From positions 125,795 to 189,794 of the forward strand of contig CAWIUJ010000002.1 in the NCBI GenBank assembly GCA_963839245.1: 64,000 nt of DNA. Reading direction: 5' to 3'. Both the position numbers and the translations under genes were made by a program. The notes beneath the pieces are model-generated. The model saw only the letters and a list, made by a program, of their open reading frames with translations. It did not search any database and was not told the origin of the DNA. Numbering within the stretch: position 1 is the stretch's first letter; each line of letters starts with the position of its first letter. Shown one piece after another: positions 58,857 through 64,000 of this stretch. Origin of the DNA: an uncultured Alphaproteobacteria bacterium. GTDB taxonomy: Bacteria > Pseudomonadota > Alphaproteobacteria > Rhizobiales > Methyloligellaceae.

Positions 58857-59807
58857 ATGCCAATGTCCGTAAAAGGCCTTATGGCACTGGCAGGGTTCGC
58901 GGTGGGACTGACGTTCTCCGAACTTACCGCTGCGCATGATCTCATGGGTCTCGTAGTTGAGGCAAGGGACAGTGCATCGCCCGAATTGGCAGCTGCATTG
59001 GCAAATGTCCCAGCGGCCGATGTGAATACCAAGTCGGTGCTGGACAATTTGCGGCTTTGGCCTGTTCCGCGAAAGCTGACGATATGTTTTCACGGCGGTT
59101 CCGCGGCGCTGCGCAAGCGCGTTACAGAAGCCATGCAAAAGCTCTGGCCAATCAGTGATCTTTCGCAAGGTCGCTTAGGTTACGACGGATCAAGTTTCAG
59201 CAATCCGCCGGATTGCAACACGCCGGCTACAGCGGACATACGGCTAGCCTTCGATGGGCAAGGCGGCTACTGGTCCTATGTCGGGGTGGAAAGTCGACTT
59301 CACGACCCGAGCATGAACCTTCAGCTTACCGAAAATTCGCCTGACACTGACTTCAACGAGAAAGTTGGTCATGAAATGGGGCATGCTCTGGGGCTACAAC
59401 ACGAGCATCAGAGCCCTCTCGCTAAGTGCAATTGGGATTTTGACTGGATCTGGAGCAATTATAAGTGGGAAAGCAAAGAAGATATGCACTTCAATCTGGA
59501 TAGGCTACAGGATTCTATTGTTAATGGCCAGCACGCTTACACTTTCTCCTCCTATGATAAAAGCTCATTGATGCACTATTCATTCCCGGAGCAGGCATTC
59601 CAAGACAAATCGAACGATGCCTGCTTTATCCCTCAAAACCTTGTTCCCTCGGGCCAGGACAAGAATGCGATCCAACTTGCCTACGGCCCCGATATTTTGG
59701 CCAGACAAAGCCAAACCAAAAGCCTTTCTCCGGAGCTTTCCAAGCCAACGCGGGCGCGACAAAACGCAGGCGCTCATCCAACAAAAGATCAAATGCTTGG
59801 TGAGTAG
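58857..59807 (+). CDS. Exported astacin-like metzincin metalloprotease
   Basis: HEMGHALGLQHEH zinc motif, SLMHY Met-turn, GYWSYVG, N-terminal signal-like segment; GGAGGG RBS. Confidence 0.88.
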   Translation: MPMSVKGLMALAGFAVGLTFSELTAAHDLMGLVVEARDSASPELAAALANVPAADVNTKSVLDNLRLWPVPRKLTICFHGGSAALRKRVTEAMQKLWPISDLSQGRLGYDGSSFSNPPDCNTPATADIRLAFDGQGGYWSYVGVESRLHDPSMNLQLTENSPDTDFNEKVGHEMGHALGLQHEHQSPLAKCNWDFDWIWSNYKWESKEDMHFNLDRLQDSIVNGQHAYTFSSYDKSSLMHYSFPEQAFQDKSNDACFIPQNLVPSGQDKNAIQLAYGPDILARQSQTKSLSPELSKPTRARQNAGAHPTKDQMLGE

Positions 59808-60156
59808 CTGCGGATGTAGTCCTTCTAACCGTCTGCTTAAGAACGTTGTGACGGACTGGACCCCCGGCCGGCGCCGAGATTAGACGCCAATCATTCCAGC
59901 GATCGAGGCTCCTGATGCTCGCGAACCGGACTCGTCGTGCTCGCTCGGAGGGTCGCCCCGGCTGCTACCGTCTTGCCCCAGGGCGTCGACCGCTGGAATC
60001 CTGCATCCACGCGGTCTTCGACCTGTCCCCGATCGCATGTGCCAGAGCCATTTCGGAATCATCGCGTGGGTAATCGGTCAGCTCGCTGGCCCAATCGCGG
60101 AGGTCGAGCGAATTGGCTGCGCTGGTTGAAATACAGTCTCGAAGATTGACGGCAGC

Positions 60157-60399
60157 CTACTTCGTAGGCGCCTCGACTTTCGCGGCTGGCGCGGCAGCCT
60201 GCGCCTCTCCCTGGTCGCTCTTCTGGCTTGCGGCCGGCGCGGCCTTAACGCTAGCCATGACGCTATCACGGACTGCAGGGTCGGCTGCTGATGGGATTGC
60301 CATCCCCCGATCGTTAGTAGTTGGCGCAGTCTGCGCGATAGCGACCGTGGCGGCGGCCGATAGAGCAGCAGCGACCACACACACCGTTAGCTTCGTCAT
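60157..60399 (-). CDS. Small exported Ala-rich protein
   Basis: GGAGAG RBS; MTKLTVCVVAAALSAAATVAIA-QTAP signal peptide. Confidence 0.65.
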   Translation of the reverse strand: MTKLTVCVVAAALSAAATVAIAQTAPTTNDRGMAIPSAADPAVRDSVMASVKAAPAASQKSDQGEAQAAAPAAKVEAPTK

Positions 60400-60555
60400 C
60401 TTTCTCTCCATCGATAAGTTACCACGAGGCATCCAGTCTCATTGGCGCGCCGATAAACAGGTCCAAGGTCGCAACAACGCGATCTACGCCTGTCTAGCAA
60501 GCGCACGTTCATAGGTGGGCGTAGGCGGGTCCACCCGACAAGCGCTTTCCACATT

Positions 60556-60891
60556 TCAGCACTGGCCGGGGAGGCGCCAGACGCCGCCACCGCAGTATTG
60601 GTACCCGTTCGGCACACAATGATAATCAGCGGTTCCATAAGTCCCGTTGGGGCAGCAGAAAACGTAGCCGCTGGACCAGCAATTATTTCCCGCCGTGCAA
60701 TAGTGGCCATCGATGCAGCATTGCTCACCGGGCTGAATACACCCCCCACCACACATCAAAAACGCAGGGCATTGCTGGGCGCGTGTCGTGCTGGCCAAGC
60801 CTATGCTTAACGTCGCCAATGTCGCGAAAACGCAGAGGCTACTCAGCGCAAGTCGGAATGGCAGGAATTTTTTGAGTTCACGCTCAACCAT
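60556..60891 (-). CDS. Small exported Cys-rich protein
   Basis: Signal peptide ending TRA; mature part with about a dozen Cys including CC pairs (CIQPGEQCC, CWSSGYVFCCP). Confidence 0.65.
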   Translation of the reverse strand: MVERELKKFLPFRLALSSLCVFATLATLSIGLASTTRAQQCPAFLMCGGGCIQPGEQCCIDGHYCTAGNNCWSSGYVFCCPNGTYGTADYHCVPNGYQYCGGGVWRLPGQC

Positions 60892-61176
60892 GGAAGCCTC
60901 CCATCGTGGCCAAGGCAAGGCCCGGTCAGCGGGAACCAATGATTGAAAAAGACGAGCGCCAGGCTCCGCCACTACATCTAACATATTCCTGCACGGCGAT
61001 CCATTAGTCCTCTTTCTTCACCTAGCTGAGATCGAGACCCGCACAACCTCGGGCGGCCCTTTGCGCCTTCCAGGCTTCCGGTCGCGGATAGCGGAGCGGT
61101 GCTTCCATGGTGCTTCCGTGACAGGAGACAAGCCTATTTAGGAGAAGCGTATCATGCTCTAAACATCTGATTCCAT

Positions 61177-61262
61177 TGGTGCCCCAGGCCGGACTCGAAC
61201 CAGCACGTCCTTGCGAACAACAGATTTTGAGTCTGCCGCGTCTACCATTCCGCCACTGGGGC
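61177..61262 (-). tRNA. tRNA-Leu (anticodon CAA)
   Basis: GCCCCAG acceptor stem, GGCGGAATGGTAGACGC D-arm, GCAGA-CTCAAAA-TCTGT anticodon arm, long variable arm, GGTTCGAGTCC T-loop, encoded CCA. Confidence 0.96.
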
Positions 61263-61309
61263 ACGGGGCGGAAGATGGGATAAGCGAAAGGCGCGGTCAA
61301 CCTGTTGCC

Positions 61310-62260
61310 TCAGCCCTCCTCGTGCAAGCGCGCCGCGAGCCAATCGCCAACTCGTCGGCGTGCCCGGCCATGCGCTTTCCGCAGCACGCGCCCCATATTC
61401 ATGAAGCCATGGATGGTGCCTTCCGAGCAGTCGTACTCGACCGGCACGCCGGCCGCCGCTAGCATCTCGGCATATTCCGCTCCCTCGTCGCGTAAGGGAT
61501 CGTGTCCGGCGGTGATGATCAGTGCCGGCGGCAGCCCCGAATAGTCCTTGTAGAGCGAGGGGATCGCGCGCGGGTCGGCGATCGGCCAGGCGAGGCCGAA
61601 ATAATGCCAGAAAAACCAATGGATCATGTCGTGCGGGATGGGAAAATGGTGGGCCAGTTCCTTGCGCGATGGCAGCCGGCCGCGCAGGTCGAGTGCCGGG
61701 TAGATCATAGCCTGAGCGCGCGCCGGTGCGGCGAGCCGGCCCTTGGTCTCATGCAGCGCGACGGCGGCCAATCCGCCGCCCGCGCTGTCGCCGACGACGG
61801 CGATCTTCTGCGGATCGAGGCCGAGGCTCGCGGTCTCGTGCGACAGCCACATCAGCGCCGCGACGGTGTCCTCGACCGCTGCGGGGAACGGATGCTCCGG
61901 CGCGAGCCGATAGTCGAGCGAGAACACGGTCGCCCGCGTGTCGTGGCATAGCGTCCGGCACAACACATCGTGGGTCTCGAGGTCGCCGAGAACGCAACCG
62001 CCGCCATGGACGAATAGGATGGAAGCTTCGGCCGCGCGACCTCGATCGACGGGAACGTATTTCCGCAGCCGCATCGGCCCGGCGGGGCCCGGCACGGCGA
62101 GGTCGCTCGCCTCGCCGATGTCAGGCGGCGCGATCTCGGCCTTGGCCAGAGTGCGGCGATATTCCTCGCGCGCGGCGTCGGGCGAGAGAGTCCAGAGCGG
62201 TGTCGCCGTCGCTGACGATGCCCAATACAGCAGCGCTTCTGTTTCGCGGTCGAGCTTCAA
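61310..62260 (-). CDS. Hormone-sensitive-lipase-family alpha/beta hydrolase (Aes-like esterase)
   Basis: HGGG oxyanion motif, DYRLAPEHPFPAA, GDSAGG nucleophile, HDPLRDEG, IHGF. Confidence 0.93.
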   Translation of the reverse strand: MKLDRETEALLYWASSATATPLWTLSPDAAREEYRRTLAKAEIAPPDIGEASDLAVPGPAGPMRLRKYVPVDRGRAAEASILFVHGGGCVLGDLETHDVLCRTLCHDTRATVFSLDYRLAPEHPFPAAVEDTVAALMWLSHETASLGLDPQKIAVVGDSAGGGLAAVALHETKGRLAAPARAQAMIYPALDLRGRLPSRKELAHHFPIPHDMIHWFFWHYFGLAWPIADPRAIPSLYKDYSGLPPALIITAGHDPLRDEGAEYAEMLAAAGVPVEYDCSEGTIHGFMNMGRVLRKAHGRARRRVGDWLAARLHEEG

Positions 62261-62419
62261 ACTTCAGTGCTCCCGGCACCTGACCATTGCAACGGCGCCC
62301 GATCAATTCCGAGGTGAAACCCCGGTCAGGCCCCCGGGTAACGAAAGAGGGGGAGCCTATGCCAAAGCACCGGCTTCGACGCAATGGACAAGGCAAGCCC
62401 TCCCCGTTAAGCAAGCTGG

Positions 62420-63001
62420 ATGCTGAAAGGGCTCTACGACCGGGTGATCGAGCTGTCCAAGGGGCGCCATGCGCTTACAGTGCTGGCCGCAGTGGCTTTT
62501 GCCGAGAGCTCCTTCTTTCCCGTCCCGCCCGACATCGTGCTCGTGCCTATGGCGCTCGCCAATCCAAGCAAGGCGAGGCTCTACGCGCTCGTCTGCAGCA
62601 TCGCCTCGGTGCTCGGCGGCCTTCTCGGCTACGCCATTGGCGCGCTGCTCTATGACACGGTCGGCCATTGGCTGATCTCGGCCTATGGCTATGGCGAAGG
62701 CGTCGAGGCGTTCCGCGAGGCCTATGCTAAATGGGGCGCCTGGATCATCCTGATCAAAGGCATGACGCCGATCCCCTACAAGATCGTGACCATCGCCTCG
62801 GGCTTCGCCGGCTACAATCTGCTCTATTTCTTCGTGCTGTCCTGCATCACCCGCGGCGCGCGCTTCTTCCTGGAGGCCGAGCTGTTGCGTATCTATGGCG
62901 AGCCGATCCGCGAGTTCATCGAGCGCCGCCTCACCCTCGTCACCACCGGCTTCCTGGCGGCGATCGTGGGCGGCTTCCTCATCGCCAAATATGCGTTCTG
63001 A
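62420..63001 (+). CDS. YqaA/DedA (VTT) family membrane protein
   Basis: AFAESSFFPVPPD, SVLGGLLGY, TPIPYKIVTIASG, RGARFF. Confidence 0.9.
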   Translation: MLKGLYDRVIELSKGRHALTVLAAVAFAESSFFPVPPDIVLVPMALANPSKARLYALVCSIASVLGGLLGYAIGALLYDTVGHWLISAYGYGEGVEAFREAYAKWGAWIILIKGMTPIPYKIVTIASGFAGYNLLYFFVLSCITRGARFFLEAELLRIYGEPIREFIERRLTLVTTGFLAAIVGGFLIAKYAF

Positions 63002-63002
63002 C

Positions 63003-63518
63003 ATGACGGCCGTATCCGCGAGACTTATGGACCAGCTGGCCGGCAAGCTCATGCTCGTCGCCGCGGTCCTCTTTTCGGTCGCCTTCGCGACGATCCTCAC
63101 GGCGCATGTCTTCGAGCGCTATGGCGGCTATCTGCCCTGCCATCTCTGCCTGCAGGAGCGCTATGCCTATTATTTCGCGGTGCCGGCAAGCGTGATTGCC
63201 TTTTTCACCGCCCGCGCCGAGTCCTTCAGCCTCACCCGCATCCTGCTGGCGGCAATCGCACTCGCCTTGGTCTTGAATGCCGGGCTCGGCATCTATCACT
63301 CCGGCGTCGAATGGAAATGGTGGGCCGGACCGACCGAATGTTCCGGCGGCTCGGTCCTGAGTTTCGGCCCGGAAGGCGTCGACATCGAGAATGCCAAGGT
63401 CGTCGCCTGCGATCGGGCCGCGTGGCGCTTCCTCGGACTGTCCTTTGCCGGATGGAACGCGGTGGTGTCGGGTCTTCTCGCGGCGATCGCGGCCTACGGC
63501 GCGGCGCTCCGCCGCTGA
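63003..63518 (+). CDS. dsbB: Disulfide bond formation protein B family
   Basis: YLPCHLCLQER CxxC, YHSGVEWKWWAGPTEC, VVACD...FLGLSFAGWN. Confidence 0.88.
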   Translation: MTAVSARLMDQLAGKLMLVAAVLFSVAFATILTAHVFERYGGYLPCHLCLQERYAYYFAVPASVIAFFTARAESFSLTRILLAAIALALVLNAGLGIYHSGVEWKWWAGPTECSGGSVLSFGPEGVDIENAKVVACDRAAWRFLGLSFAGWNAVVSGLLAAIAAYGAALRR

Positions 63519-63575
63519 ACCCCCTCTACCCGCCGAGGAGAGCGAGACGCGTCCTCCTCAGGGTGAGACGAACCT

Positions 63576-63620
63576 CCTCATCCTGAGGAGCGGTCGAAGA
63601 CCGCGTCTCGAAGGATGAGG
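63576..63620. repeat. Rhizobiales-type REP-like element
   Basis: CCTCATCCTGAGGAGCGGTCGAAGACCGCGTCTCGAAGGATGAGG between convergent genes; same family as 33914-34066. Confidence 0.75.
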
Positions 63621-63633
63621 CCACGCGCCAAGC

Positions 63634-64000
63634 TCACGGCTCGAGCTCGGTATCCCAGTAGAGATAATCGAGCCAGCTCTCGTGCAGATAATTCGGCGGG
63701 AACAGCCGGCCGTTGCGGTGAAGCTCGAACACCGTCGGGCGATAGGGCTTCTGCGCCGGGAACATCTTGGCCTCGGCCGGCAGCTTGCCGCCTTTAGTCA
63801 GATTGCAGGGCGCGCAGGCCGCGACCACATTGTCCCAGCGCGTCAGGCCGCCGCGCGAGCGCGGCACGAGATGATCGAAGGTGAGGTCCTCGCCGTCGCC
63901 GCAATATTGGCAGGAGAAGCGGTCGCGCAAGAATACGTTGAACCGGGTGAAGGCGGGATAGAGCGCGGGGCGGATATAGGTCTTGAGCGAGACCACGCTC
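63634..64000 (-). CDS. HNH endonuclease (5' end outside window)
   Basis: FTRFNVFLRDRFSCQYCG...LTFDHLVPRSRGG...NVVAACAPCN. Confidence 0.92.
   Translation of the reverse strand, partial: SVVSLKTYIRPALYPAFTRFNVFLRDRFSCQYCGDGEDLTFDHLVPRSRGGLTRWDNVVAACAPCNLTKGGKLPAEAKMFPAQKPYRPTVFELHRNGRLFPPNYLHESWLDYLYWDTELEP

Larger units (their letters stand above)
55179..61188. mobile_element. ~6 kb genomic island at tRNA-Leu(CAA), no recognisable integrase
   Basis: Flanking 14-bp direct repeats, visibly higher AT content and non-host codon usage, accessory gene content. Confidence 0.8.

Noticed and set aside
59830-60150. Integrase or IS fragment inside the island
   Set aside because: No frame shows tyrosine or serine recombinase or transposase motifs, and no terminal inverted repeats were found.
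62300-62400. SRP RNA or c-di-GMP riboswitch-like sequence (CCCGGTCAGG...GAAAG...CAAAGC)
   Set aside because: Only partial word matches; the conserved SRP GGAAGGAAGCAG loop and riboswitch pairings are not present.
63634-64000. HNH nuclease as a mobile or defence element
   Set aside because: It looks like the common chromosomal alphaproteobacterial HNH protein with host-like codon usage, lies outside the island and is truncated by the window.

Overview
GC-rich alphaproteobacterial chromosome segment from a Hyphomicrobiales-type methylotroph (Methyloceanibacter-like gene order; the taxon is my inference). 1-15 kb: housekeeping block (partial cydA, photolyase, macrodomain, plsC, ftsEX, hpt, TIGR02302-type protein, lysA, argH, tlpA). 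The hypothetical-macrodomain-photolyase genes sit behind an alphaproteobacterial LexA box and a perfect CtrA box. 19-32 kb: serine-cycle/H4F cluster (gck divergent from ftfL-sga-hprA-mtdA-fch-mtkA-mtkB-ppc-mcl). 33-38.4 kb: cluster of small genes with two phasins, Cys-rich exported proteins and a 34-codon secreted-peptide gene missed by the ORF track. 38.4-55 kb: MEKHLA protein, GS-like ligase, molybdo-enzymes, hemA divergent from an octaheme-TPR cytochrome, ferritin-like protein and SulP. 55.2-61.2 kb: an AT-richer ~6 kb island bounded by a 14-bp direct repeat of the tRNA-Leu(CAA) 3' end. It has no recognisable integrase, and its six recognisable ORFs all look exported, including a caspase-like (C14) protease divergent from an astacin-like metalloprotease; this is the best candidate for an undescribed system. 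Many lineage-specific genes carry frameshifts or internal deletions while conserved genes are intact, so assembly error versus real decay must be resolved. Family and DUF names are recalled from motif recognition, not from database searches.
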